27,693 nt of DNA from positions 1-27,693 of the forward strand of contig JBJMMA010000103.1 of NCBI GenBank assembly GCA_045805065.1, read 5' to 3'. The notes beneath the pieces are model-generated. The model did not search any database, had not been told where the DNA came from, and saw nothing but the letters and a program-made list of their open reading frames with translations. Positions 1-8,233 of the stretch are shown one piece after another. Position 1 is the stretch's first letter. Each line of letters opens with the position of its first letter. This stretch comes from Bdellovibrionia bacterium (GTDB taxonomy: Bacteria > Bdellovibrionota > UBA1018). Position numbers and translations under genes: made by a program.

Positions 1-189
1 CGCGATGTCGCCACCGGGAAACTGCCGGCAGTCGTGCCGGCCCGGGTTTGCGGCGGACGGGGCAGCGGTCGTGCGTGCGATCTGTGTGCACAGCCGATCA
101 CTTCTGCTGAAACTGCAATCGAATTTGCGTGTGTGACTCGCGAACCGATCTGGTACCTCTCATGCAAAATGAAAGGTCATGAAGTTTGA
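1..189 (+). other. Partial ORF fragment, small CxxC (zinc-ribbon-like) hypothetical protein, 5'-truncated by the window edge
   Basis: Frame 1 is open from base 1 to TGA at 187-189: RDVATGKLPAVVPARVCGGRGSGRACDLCAQPITSAETAIEFACVTREPIWYLSCKMKGHEV*. It has a CDLC motif after GGRGSG. The first 60 nt are 75% GC. Confidence 0.35.
150..166 (+). promoter_or_regulatory. Putative sigma54 (-24/-12) promoter
   Basis: CTGGTACCTCTCATGCA with exact GG-N10-GC spacing; 13 nt separate the GC from ATG 179. Confidence 0.5.
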
Positions 190-940
190 AACTGTCGAAA
201 AAGCCAGAAAATCGTTCGTGCCTGTTTTTGCTGTCGTAGTTATCGCGCTGACTTCCACAAGTGCCAAGGCCGAATATATTTACGATGCTTATCATTCGAC
301 TGGAGTTGCAGACTCAAAGAAAGTGCTTCAAGTTCGCCTGAGACCTGACGCCACCGGTACGCTTGCGGACGAAGTGGAAGTCAGAACTCTCTGCAGAGAG
401 GGTAGCGAGCTTCGTGAATGCGCGGACAAGATCGTGATCAGGAAGGATCGTCTCGACTCTGTCGTCGGGCTTGAGAAAGCGCAATACCAGAGGCTTCTGG
501 ATAGCTTTAAAAAGGACGCTAAGACGGAGAAGTATGTCGGTGGATCCCTCGGTATGACGGGCTTGGCGATGGCTTATCCACCTGTGGCAGTGGTGGCTGT
601 TCCACTTGCTGTTTTACTTGAAGGAGCCGGCATCGTGAATCACCACAAAGCCAATGCCGAGCAGGCGAAAAAACCTGATCCCCGCCTGGAAACCATGTCC
701 GCCAGCGTGATTCAGAAAGCTCTTTCGGAGGATGTCGCAGTCAGTGACTACCGCAGGGGTGACGAGATTGAACAGCTCCGCTCCAATCTTAAGGATCTCT
801 TTTCTGGCAACGCTCAGGATCAAGAGCAGATCTCCAAGAATCCGGCTGTTGCATTGGGCTCCTTGAAGCAGCGGGATCCAATCAGGGCTTCGCTGGATCT
901 CTTTGAGGCAGAAGCTTCCAACTCCGGCTCTGCGCTTTAA
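179..940 (+). CDS. Hypothetical secreted protein
   Basis: 253-aa ORF with an N-terminal signal peptide (basic, hydrophobic, AKA cleavage site), an internal Gly/hydrophobic segment (GGSLGMTGLAMAYPPVAVVAVPLAVLLEG) and a Ser-rich C-terminal tail. Confidence 0.8.
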   Translation: MKFETVEKARKSFVPVFAVVVIALTSTSAKAEYIYDAYHSTGVADSKKVLQVRLRPDATGTLADEVEVRTLCREGSELRECADKIVIRKDRLDSVVGLEKAQYQRLLDSFKKDAKTEKYVGGSLGMTGLAMAYPPVAVVAVPLAVLLEGAGIVNHHKANAEQAKKPDPRLETMSASVIQKALSEDVAVSDYRRGDEIEQLRSNLKDLFSGNAQDQEQISKNPAVALGSLKQRDPIRASLDLFEAEASNSGSAL

Positions 941-955
941 AAGCCTGAAGCGAGC

Positions 956-1672
956 CTAGCGTCTTTGGAGTTTCTTGGTTTGCCGCATACAAAGATGGCA
1001 AACTGACAATCCCAGAATGGATGGCGCAAAAAGGCCAACGATCGGGATCAGAACAACGCCTTCCAATAGCGCTCCGATCAGGAGCATGGTGAGGCGATTG
1101 CTCTCAATAATAGCGCGCCTGTCGTTTTCAGAGACCAATCCCTCCAAGGCGTCATTCATCAGGCTTCGGACGTTGATATAGCCCATAAGCAAAAACAAAA
1201 GCACAGGGCCAAAGCCTGGAATCGCTAAACAGATGAGGCCACCGAAGAGGAAAGTGCCTGCGGATTTCGGAGCATCTCTGAGGCTGACCAATATCGAGCT
1301 CTTATGCTTGAGCGAAAGCTCAGGATAGTAGGTGAGACAGAATTTCTGGATGCGCTTCATCAGCCAGAGCTCGATTGAGACTCTGACCGTAATGATGACA
1401 AGCGCGATATAGAGAACGATGATCACGAGGTATCTCAAGCCTTCGCTGATGGCTGGGATGAGCTGCGGAAGATCAGGGAGCGCATGAAAGATCGGGTCTT
1501 TGACAAAGTAAAAGACGATTCCCCAGCCGATGACGCTTACGATCCAGATCATCGCTGAGATGAGCGAGATCGGAGGCTTGAAGCCGTCTTTGAGGGCGAG
1601 CGCCACGCAAACCAGCGACTCTCTGATGTTTTCATACGCTGTATTTAATAAAGGCATGGCCTGGGTTCCCAT
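956..1672 (-). CDS. EI24/CysZ-like multi-pass membrane protein
   Basis: 238 aa with several TM helices. The motifs LAIPGFGPVL and LIPIVGLFAPSILGLSVCHL resemble the EI24/CysZ family. Confidence 0.7.
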   Translation of the reverse strand: MGTQAMPLLNTAYENIRESLVCVALALKDGFKPPISLISAMIWIVSVIGWGIVFYFVKDPIFHALPDLPQLIPAISEGLRYLVIIVLYIALVIITVRVSIELWLMKRIQKFCLTYYPELSLKHKSSILVSLRDAPKSAGTFLFGGLICLAIPGFGPVLLFLLMGYINVRSLMNDALEGLVSENDRRAIIESNRLTMLLIGALLEGVVLIPIVGLFAPSILGLSVCHLCMRQTKKLQRR

Positions 1673-1800
1673 TTTGTCAGAGTTTTGACAGCATTTTTTT
1701 CTCAGTCTTGTCGAGGCGGCCTCTTATTAAAGCGGTCTCGCCGCTACGCAGTTCAGATGATAGACTATTTAGGATGCGCATGGGGTTGTCTTTTTCACGC

Positions 1801-2607
1801 ATGAAAGAGATTCTGGGTCTTTCTCTGGCGAGTGTTTTCACGCTTGTCCCTCAATGCGCACACGCAGGTTTTAGCCTGAGCCCAACCAGCTTTTCAAATC
1901 CCAGCGCACTGATCGATTCTAATGTCGTCACTCCGATTGTCAGAACCATCGGGTTTGCAGCCGACCATCGGGCTTACGAGGGCGCGGCAGGTCTCGGAAA
2001 TGCCGCGGGTATCGAACTTTCGCTTCAGGCGACGGCGGTCAAGCTTCCTCCAAGCTTCCGGGATGCGCTCTCCAGCGCGGGACTTGATAATCTTCCACTG
2101 CCGATCGTGCCACTTCCTCGCCTGATCGCGCATAAGGGAATCGGAAGTCGCTTTGATGTAGGGATGTCGTGGATCATTTTCAAAGAAATCAAAATCCTGG
2201 GCTTTGACGCGAAGGCCGTGGTCTATCAACCCGACGAAGGCCCGACCTGGGCCATCCGCCTCAATTACACGGATGCCAACATCAGTTTCTCTGACTCAGG
2301 TGCCTCTCTCGGGGTTCATACTCGAACGATGAAGCCTGAGATTTTGGTGTCCCAAAGGCTCGATTTTTTTGAGCCTTATCTAGGTGTGGGCTATCAGCTT
2401 GTGAACGGTTCCTTAAAGGTGAATCTCCCTCTTCCGACGCCGCTGCCGTCGATCAATGAGACGGTGTCAGCGCGTGGGGGAGGAGGCCTTGCTTTTGTAG
2501 GGCTTGGACTCAAGGTGCCGGGAATTGCACTCAGACTTTTGATTGATGGTGAGTACAGCACTGTAGGCGCTCACTCGCTTGGCGCTAAGTTTGGTTTTAA
2601 CTTCTGA
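1801..2607 (+). CDS. Outer-membrane beta-barrel protein (DUF6588-like)
   Basis: Signal peptide from ATG 1801 (MKEILGLSLASVFTLVPQCAHA), amphipathic beta-strands, PLPRLIAHKGI and EPYLGVGY motifs, and a C-terminal Phe BAM signal (AKFGFNF). The ORF track start at 1708 is probably too far upstream. Confidence 0.75.
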   Translation: MKEILGLSLASVFTLVPQCAHAGFSLSPTSFSNPSALIDSNVVTPIVRTIGFAADHRAYEGAAGLGNAAGIELSLQATAVKLPPSFRDALSSAGLDNLPLPIVPLPRLIAHKGIGSRFDVGMSWIIFKEIKILGFDAKAVVYQPDEGPTWAIRLNYTDANISFSDSGASLGVHTRTMKPEILVSQRLDFFEPYLGVGYQLVNGSLKVNLPLPTPLPSINETVSARGGGGLAFVGLGLKVPGIALRLLIDGEYSTVGAHSLGAKFGFNF

Positions 2608-2614
2608 GCCCCGA

Positions 2615-3412
2615 CTAAACTTCAAACCAATCCACGCAGAGGACAGCAAGAGTCTCTGAAGGGGACTTCTCAATCGTTTTACGGCAGCGAAGCACGGCGT
2701 CTTTGATGACTTTTTCGACGGTTCTCAGATCAGCTTTCGAAAGATTGTGGATTCCCGAATAGTGCAATCCTTCTTCGGAAGGCTCCTGCAGTTTTTGAAT
2801 CACTCGATTTCGCCAAATCATATGCCCCGTATTTGCCGCTGCGCTGCCTGCCGGCAAATGCACAGTTAAGGAAGTTGCTTTTAATCTTCCTGCGCCTGCT
2901 TTTGCAATAAGTCCCATGGACTGAAGGTCAAGAAGCGTCTTTCTTAAGATTTCTAGTTGTATTCCTAAGCGCTGAGAGAGCTCAGCTGCTGAAAAAGGCT
3001 GGATCATGCAGGCAACGTGAACTGCCCCATAAATCCAGGACGAGTAATAGCGATTCCGATCTTCCTCGGAGACTGTTGCAGCTGAATTGATCGAGGCTCC
3101 GATGCCGCGCCCTTTTGCCCTGAGGTCTTCTAACTTGGATTGGATCCGCTTCTTTAAAGAAGCGCTCGCAGCGCGCTCAAAGTCCACTAAAAGCATGAAA
3201 TAATCCGTCTCAATCTCGCTGAGGGCAAAGTAGACCGCGACTCCATGGGCTTGGTCAGGAGTAAGTTGAACTTCGCCACTTAAAACACGCGTAATCCAGG
3301 AGGGACTGCAGCCCGCTGATGCGGCGATTTTCGATCGATTGCCCTGGAACGAATCAGTTTGAATCCAGTCCTGGATAAAGCGTCGGTACTCACGGTATTC
3401 AAAGAGATCCAT
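2615..3412 (-). CDS. TIGR02147/DUF4423-family protein (N-terminal HTH, putative transcriptional regulator)
   Basis: Starts MDLFEYREYRRFIQ. Contains an HTH (RSKIAASAGCSPSWITRVLSG), YYSSWIYGAVH, HMIWR and a C-terminal LCVDWFEV, all typical of the family. Confidence 0.85.
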   Translation of the reverse strand: MDLFEYREYRRFIQDWIQTDSFQGNRSKIAASAGCSPSWITRVLSGEVQLTPDQAHGVAVYFALSEIETDYFMLLVDFERAASASLKKRIQSKLEDLRAKGRGIGASINSAATVSEEDRNRYYSSWIYGAVHVACMIQPFSAAELSQRLGIQLEILRKTLLDLQSMGLIAKAGAGRLKATSLTVHLPAGSAAANTGHMIWRNRVIQKLQEPSEEGLHYSGIHNLSKADLRTVEKVIKDAVLRCRKTIEKSPSETLAVLCVDWFEV

Positions 3413-3424
3413 GTGCTTTCTATC

Positions 3425-3441
3425 TTTTACATTTTGTAAAA
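3425..3441. promoter_or_regulatory. Palindromic putative operator TTTTACA-N3-TGTAAAA
   Basis: Perfect 7-bp inverted repeat in the divergent intergenic region. The same core recurs at 18115-18129 upstream of the second TIGR02147 gene. Confidence 0.65.
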
Positions 3442-3524
3442 ATACAAATTGTTTTTTTGACAAAGGTGTTCTGGAGATATCGTTTGCCATTCGGCATAAC
3501 GGCGACTACTAAGGAGTCCTATTT

Positions 3525-3929
3525 ATGAAGTATCTTGTCGTTTTGTTCGTCGTTTTAAGCGCTTTTAATGTCATGCCTGCTTACGCAGGCGGTGGCTCGA
3601 GCATAGGAATTGGAAGCCCAGCTTCCAAGAATTGCGTCGTGCTTGATGGCGTCCTTAAGCCCTTTCAATTTCGTGGCGGCGAAGCCGACTATTGCGTGCT
3701 CGATGAATGGAATCTGTTCCGATTCATGTATCAATGCCATCTTGTTCACGTTCATCATTACGGCCGTAGGGGGCAGATCGGGATGCCTAATCCTGCGGCA
3801 GTCAACTGCGCCGATGTCGGCGGAGTCACGCAGATCGAGAAAACCCCTGCCGGTGAGCGCGGCGTCTGTGTCGTTGAAGAATGGATGCTGTTCAGAAGCG
3901 TTGATGCATCCAAGTGCCAGCAGCGCTGA
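3525..3929 (+). CDS. Secreted protein with two DUF333-like repeats
   Basis: SD AAGGAG at 3511-3516 and a signal peptide ending in AYA. The repeats SPASKNC...G...YCVLDEWNLFR and NPAAVNC...GG...VCVVEEWMLFR match the DUF333 pattern NPASxxC...EW.L(F/Y)R. Confidence 0.8.
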   Translation: MKYLVVLFVVLSAFNVMPAYAGGGSSIGIGSPASKNCVVLDGVLKPFQFRGGEADYCVLDEWNLFRFMYQCHLVHVHHYGRRGQIGMPNPAAVNCADVGGVTQIEKTPAGERGVCVVEEWMLFRSVDASKCQQR

Positions 3930-3941
3930 AAAAATTCAAAT

Positions 3942-3982
3942 ATCAGGGAGCGGGGTCAGATTGGTTCCGCTCCTGATGTTTT
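3942..3982 (+). terminator. Hairpin, probable intrinsic terminator of the DUF333 gene
   Basis: ATCAGGGAGCGG...CCGCTCCTGAT stem (one bulge) followed by GTTTT, 12 nt after the stop codon. Confidence 0.55.
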
Positions 3983-4219
3983 GATCGAAAAGCGAATGCG
4001 TCTATGACGCAGTTCTCTACCAATAGGAGCCGGATACCTAAAGAATACCTAAAGAGCGCGTCCGCCAGCAGCAACGCAACTACGGCTCTGGAGCCGCTAT
4101 TGCCGCTAAAATGCATGGCGATATCTCCCAAAATCGGATGGTCAGGCCGGTCTGGCCTCTGAGACCAAGTGCATCCTGGTCAAAAACCTTGTTCCGTCAA
4201 TTCGTTGACTGATAGGAGA

Positions 4220-4247
4220 TCAAGAGTGATCGCGGAATATCCGATAA
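4220..4247 (+). promoter_or_regulatory. Putative sigma28 (FliA)-type promoter
   Basis: TCAAG-N15-TCCGATAA, similar to the consensus TAAA-N15-GCCGATAA (spacing 1 nt longer); ends 6 nt before ATG 4254. Confidence 0.4.
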
Positions 4248-4253
4248 AGCTAT

Positions 4254-5147
4254 ATGGGCGAATCACTTAGGCGAAAAAGATGGGCTGTACATTTTGCCAT
4301 CGCTCTATGGGCTACGGCCCATCTATTGATTTGCAGTTCTGTCGCCATTGCGGATACGTCGGATTGTATTCGCTATGCTGTCTCACGAATTGCCAAAAAA
4401 AATCCTCGATCCGACTTTGATAAAAAGCGGTTCTTGCGCAATCTCAGTGAAACCGAGTTTAGAGACAATAAAGGGGATCCGTTTTATTTTGACCCGAGTG
4501 ACATGGCTTCGGTGAAGCACTCAAAACATGGAACGATTGCAGCATCAGATGGTTCGTTTGTAGGTCGTGAAGTTGACGATAAGGGAAATCTAAACTGGAC
4601 TGACTCGTACACGAACTATGGACCCTTCAAAGATTTAGGTTTAACCAGCCAATTGTTCGGCTTTTTCAGAAGCCAACTTCCGAATGGCGCACACCTCTAT
4701 TTAATGGATGCGACGGATTCGAAGGCGTTCTCCAACTATTTAGTGGAAAAAGTATCCGGTCGTGACTTGCGCCATCTGATAGAAACGGATCCAAAGTTAA
4801 GCCAGGTTTGGAAGATTTATAGCCGAATGATTGCTCAACCAGAGTTTCGTCGAGACTATTCATCTTCGGAATTTTCTCAGGGCATTCGCTGGTATCGACT
4901 GCATGAAGAGGAGCGTAAGCTCTTCGGTTTTCGACTTTATTTGAGCGATATAAGTTCCCAATGGGGAAGGATTGCTCGAAAAGGTGATTTTCGACGTGAC
5001 TATGCCGGTCCTGGCGCGTTCCATCGCTATCTTCGAATCAAGAGAGAGATCCCCGCTGATCTGAAGGAAGAAGAGGATCAGGCGATTCAGTCTGTCCCGG
5101 GCGGAAACATGACGGAATATCTGCAAAAGCTATTCAAGTTTCACTAA
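4254..5147 (+). CDS. Hypothetical exported protein
   Basis: 297-aa ORF with a basic-hydrophobic N-terminus ending in AIA. No confident family assignment. Confidence 0.7.
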   Translation: MGESLRRKRWAVHFAIALWATAHLLICSSVAIADTSDCIRYAVSRIAKKNPRSDFDKKRFLRNLSETEFRDNKGDPFYFDPSDMASVKHSKHGTIAASDGSFVGREVDDKGNLNWTDSYTNYGPFKDLGLTSQLFGFFRSQLPNGAHLYLMDATDSKAFSNYLVEKVSGRDLRHLIETDPKLSQVWKIYSRMIAQPEFRRDYSSSEFSQGIRWYRLHEEERKLFGFRLYLSDISSQWGRIARKGDFRRDYAGPGAFHRYLRIKREIPADLKEEEDQAIQSVPGGNMTEYLQKLFKFH

Positions 5148-5159
5148 GAATTTGCAGGG

Positions 5160-5996
5160 TTATTTTCTCAGCGCGCGTCCGCCAGCTGCGAGCAAAGCGA
5201 GGAAACTTTCAGGCTTCAAGCTAGCGCCACCCACAAGACCGCCATCGACGTTAGGACATGCGAGAAGTCCATCGACGTTCTCAGGGGTTACGCTTCCGCC
5301 ATAAAGAAGCAAAGTCTTTGCGGCAGCTTCTTCGCCAAAGTTTTTCTTAAGCAGAGAACGAATCAAAGCATGCGCTTCTTCTGCTTGTTCAGGAGATGCG
5401 GTGAGGCCCGTGCCGATCGCCCAAACTGGCTCATAGGCAAAAACCACGTTTCCAGAAGCCAGGCAGGCTGAGACGCCTTTTCCTGCTTCAGGGCAGACGC
5501 CGCTCATCTGACGGATCAAGACTTCTGAAGTCTTTCCAGCCTCACGCTCGGCGCGAGTCTCACCAATACAGATGATGAGCTTAAAGCCTTGCTCAAGAAG
5601 ACTCTCCGAGCGTTTGCGAACCGTCTCGTCGGTCTCACCAAAGAACTGACGACGCTCGGAGTGGCCGATGAGAACCCATTCAATACCCATCTCTTTGAGC
5701 ATTGGGCCTGAGATCTCACCCGTGAAAGCGCCTTTTTTCTCCCAGTGGGCGTTCTGTGCGGCAACACTGATTGGGAACGAAGCTTTTGCAGCTAAGTGCT
5801 TAGCAGCGTCCAAAGTCAGCATCGGTGGAATCACGCAAGCCTGAAGCTTGCCTGATTTCAAGAGCTCGATGTCTTTTGGCTTCAGCATGGAAGCCGCACC
5901 ACTTGTGAGCGCCAGAAAGAAAGACTCGGCCTCTTTCGGGCCGTAGTTCATCTTCCAATTGCCAGCAATCAGAACACCGCGGGAGTTAGAGCTCAT
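5160..5996 (-). CDS. tpiA: Triosephosphate isomerase
   Basis: AGNWKMN, GAFTGEIS, IGHSERR, AYEPVWAIGTG, LYGGSV and LVGGASL motifs; 4-nt overlap with the pgk stop. Confidence 0.99.
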   Translation of the reverse strand: MSSNSRGVLIAGNWKMNYGPKEAESFFLALTSGAASMLKPKDIELLKSGKLQACVIPPMLTLDAAKHLAAKASFPISVAAQNAHWEKKGAFTGEISGPMLKEMGIEWVLIGHSERRQFFGETDETVRKRSESLLEQGFKLIICIGETRAEREAGKTSEVLIRQMSGVCPEAGKGVSACLASGNVVFAYEPVWAIGTGLTASPEQAEEAHALIRSLLKKNFGEEAAAKTLLLYGGSVTPENVDGLLACPNVDGGLVGGASLKPESFLALLAAGGRALRK

Positions 5997-7189
5997 AGTG
6001 GTTGAGTTGGAGTAAGATGTTGTTCGCGGCCGGTTTTCTTGAGGACATCAATGCCTGGAAGGCCGTTGCCTTCGAGGTACTCAAGAACTGCGCCGCCACC
6101 CGTGGAGAGGTGATCAAACTTATCGGCGTAGCCGGAGGACTTGATGGCAGAGACAGTGTCGCCACCACCCACAACCTTAATGGCAGGAAGCTCAGAAATC
6201 GCCTTAGCCACTTCGAAAGTTCCCGTGGCGTACTCAGGCTTCTCGAACCAGCCCAGCGGGCCGTTCCAGAAAATGGTCTTTGCGCCTTGAAGAGCTTCCG
6301 TGAACTTTTGGACGGTCTTTGGACCGATATCAAAACCTTGGTTTGTGTCAGCTGGGACCAGAAGAAGCATTTCGCGACGACGAGCTTCTTTCATGATCGC
6401 CCTGGCAGCTTCTACATCCGCAGGCTTTGGACCCTTGGCGCCTTCTGGAAGAGTGTCGCCTTGGGCAACCCAGAAAGCATGCGCCATCGCGCCACCAATC
6501 AGAAGTCCGTTCACGCGTTGCATGAGGGAGTCGATTGTCTTGATCTTGTCGGTGACCTTTGAGCCACCCAAAATCGCAAAGAATGGCTTTTGCGGATTAC
6601 TGAGCAGAGGATCGAGGAACTTGAGCTCCTTCTCAATGAGGAAGCCCATTCCACGGATCGGCATCAGCTGCGGCACTCCGTAAGTGGATGCGTGCTTGCG
6701 ATGTGCGGTTCCGAACGCGTCGGTGACGTAAACGTCAGCCAGGCGCGCGAGTCCTTTTGCGAACTCTGGATCATTGGCTTCTTCGCCTGGATAGAAGCGA
6801 AGGTTTTCAAGAAGAAGGATGTGTCCGTTCTTCAGGCCTTGAGCCATGAGCTCAATGCCTTCGCCGATACAATCATCAGCGAGTGTCACTTCCTGTCCCA
6901 GAAGAACAGCAAGGCGACGGGCAACAGGTTCCATCGAGAACTCTGGATTACGCTTTCCGTCTGGACGACCCAAGTGGGATGCCAGAATCAGCTTGGCGCC
7001 TTTTTCGATCGCGTACTTGATCGTCGGAAGCGCTTCCTGAATGCGGTTATCGTCTTCTACGCGACGCTCGCCCTCAGAGTCTGCTGCGCTCAGCGGAACG
7101 TTGAAGTCCAGACGCATGAAGATACGCTTTCCAGCGATCTCCATGTCACGAATGCTTGGAATTTTGCTGCTGCCCGTGCTCGTTGCCAT
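5993..7189 (-). CDS. pgk: Phosphoglycerate kinase
   Basis: RLDFNVP, SHLGRP, LLENLRF, DAFGTAHR, DIGPKT, WNGP, GGGDT and STGGGA motifs. Confidence 0.99.
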   Translation of the reverse strand: MATSTGSSKIPSIRDMEIAGKRIFMRLDFNVPLSAADSEGERRVEDDNRIQEALPTIKYAIEKGAKLILASHLGRPDGKRNPEFSMEPVARRLAVLLGQEVTLADDCIGEGIELMAQGLKNGHILLLENLRFYPGEEANDPEFAKGLARLADVYVTDAFGTAHRKHASTYGVPQLMPIRGMGFLIEKELKFLDPLLSNPQKPFFAILGGSKVTDKIKTIDSLMQRVNGLLIGGAMAHAFWVAQGDTLPEGAKGPKPADVEAARAIMKEARRREMLLLVPADTNQGFDIGPKTVQKFTEALQGAKTIFWNGPLGWFEKPEYATGTFEVAKAISELPAIKVVGGGDTVSAIKSSGYADKFDHLSTGGGAVLEYLEGNGLPGIDVLKKTGREQHLTPTQPL

Positions 7190-7194
7190 ATTTC

Positions 7195-8211
7195 TTAGAG
7201 ACCTTTGCGTGCCATGAAGGTGGTGAGGTCAACCATGCGAGCCGAGAAACCGGACTCGTTGTCGTACCAGGAAATCACTTTCACGAAGTTGCCGTCGATG
7301 ACGTCCGTGAGTTCAGCGTCGATCGTCGAGCTGGCCTCGCAGCCGTTGTAGTCGGTCGAAACCAAAGGTGCCGTCGAGTAGCCCAGGATTCCCTTGAGAG
7401 GGCCTTCTGCGGCTGCCTTGAATGCAGCGTTGATTTCTTCCTTCGTGGTTTTGTTCTTGAGCTCACCGGTGAAGTCAACGAGCGAGACGTTCGGAGTTGG
7501 AACGCGGATCGACAAGCCGTTGAGTTTGCCTTTGAGGTGAGGAAGAACGAGACCGACTGCCTTGGCAGCGCCGGTGGTCGTTGGAATTTGAGAAAGAGCT
7601 GCAGCGCGAGCGCGGCGCAGATCCTTGTGAGGAAGATCGAGGATGTTCTGATCGTTCGTGTAGCTGTGAACGGTCAACATCGTGCCGCGAACGATTCCGA
7701 ACTTGTCATCGAGAACCTTGGCAAGAGGTGCCAGGCAGTTCGTCGTACAAGATGCGTTCGAAACAACCGTATGCTTGGCTGGGTCATAGCTCTGCTCGTT
7801 CACGCCCATGCAGAAGGTCGCGTCTGGATCCTTGGAAGGAGCCGAGACGATGACTTTCTTTGCGCCAGCTGCGAGATGCAGAGCTGCTTTTTCGCGATCG
7901 GTGAAAACACCGGTGCACTCGTGGACGAAAGTTGCGCCAATGTCGTTCCACTTGAGAGCCGTTGGATCCTTCTCAGCGGTGAGACGAATCTTGTACGGAC
8001 CGACGTGAAGAGTGCTGCCTTCAAGACGAACATCTTCTTTCAAAGTTCCATGAACCGAATCGTACTTGAGGAGGTGAGCCATCTGCTCCGGCTTGGAGAG
8101 ATCGTTCACGCCAACGAATTCAACCTGGCGATCTCCCCGCTCCAGCGCCACGCGGAGCACTTTACGACCGATACGACCAAAGCCATTGATTCCGATTTTG
8201 ATAGGTTGCAT
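7195..8211 (-). CDS. gap: Type I glyceraldehyde-3-phosphate dehydrogenase
   Basis: INGFGRIGR, catalytic SNASCTTNCLAP, PTTTGAAKAV, RVPTPNVS and WYDNE motifs. Confidence 0.99.
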   Translation of the reverse strand: MQPIKIGINGFGRIGRKVLRVALERGDRQVEFVGVNDLSKPEQMAHLLKYDSVHGTLKEDVRLEGSTLHVGPYKIRLTAEKDPTALKWNDIGATFVHECTGVFTDREKAALHLAAGAKKVIVSAPSKDPDATFCMGVNEQSYDPAKHTVVSNASCTTNCLAPLAKVLDDKFGIVRGTMLTVHSYTNDQNILDLPHKDLRRARAAALSQIPTTTGAAKAVGLVLPHLKGKLNGLSIRVPTPNVSLVDFTGELKNKTTKEEINAAFKAAAEGPLKGILGYSTAPLVSTDYNGCEASSTIDAELTDVIDGNFVKVISWYDNESGFSARMVDLTTFMARKGL

Positions 8212-8233
8212 GCCTCTGATATAGCTCAGATTC

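Noticed and set aside
3471..3488. CTGGAGATATCGTTTGCC as a sigma54 promoter
   Set aside because: GG-to-GC spacing is 11 nt rather than the strict 10.
6002..7198. Plus-strand ORFs of 127-202 aa
   Set aside because: Antisense shadows of pgk.
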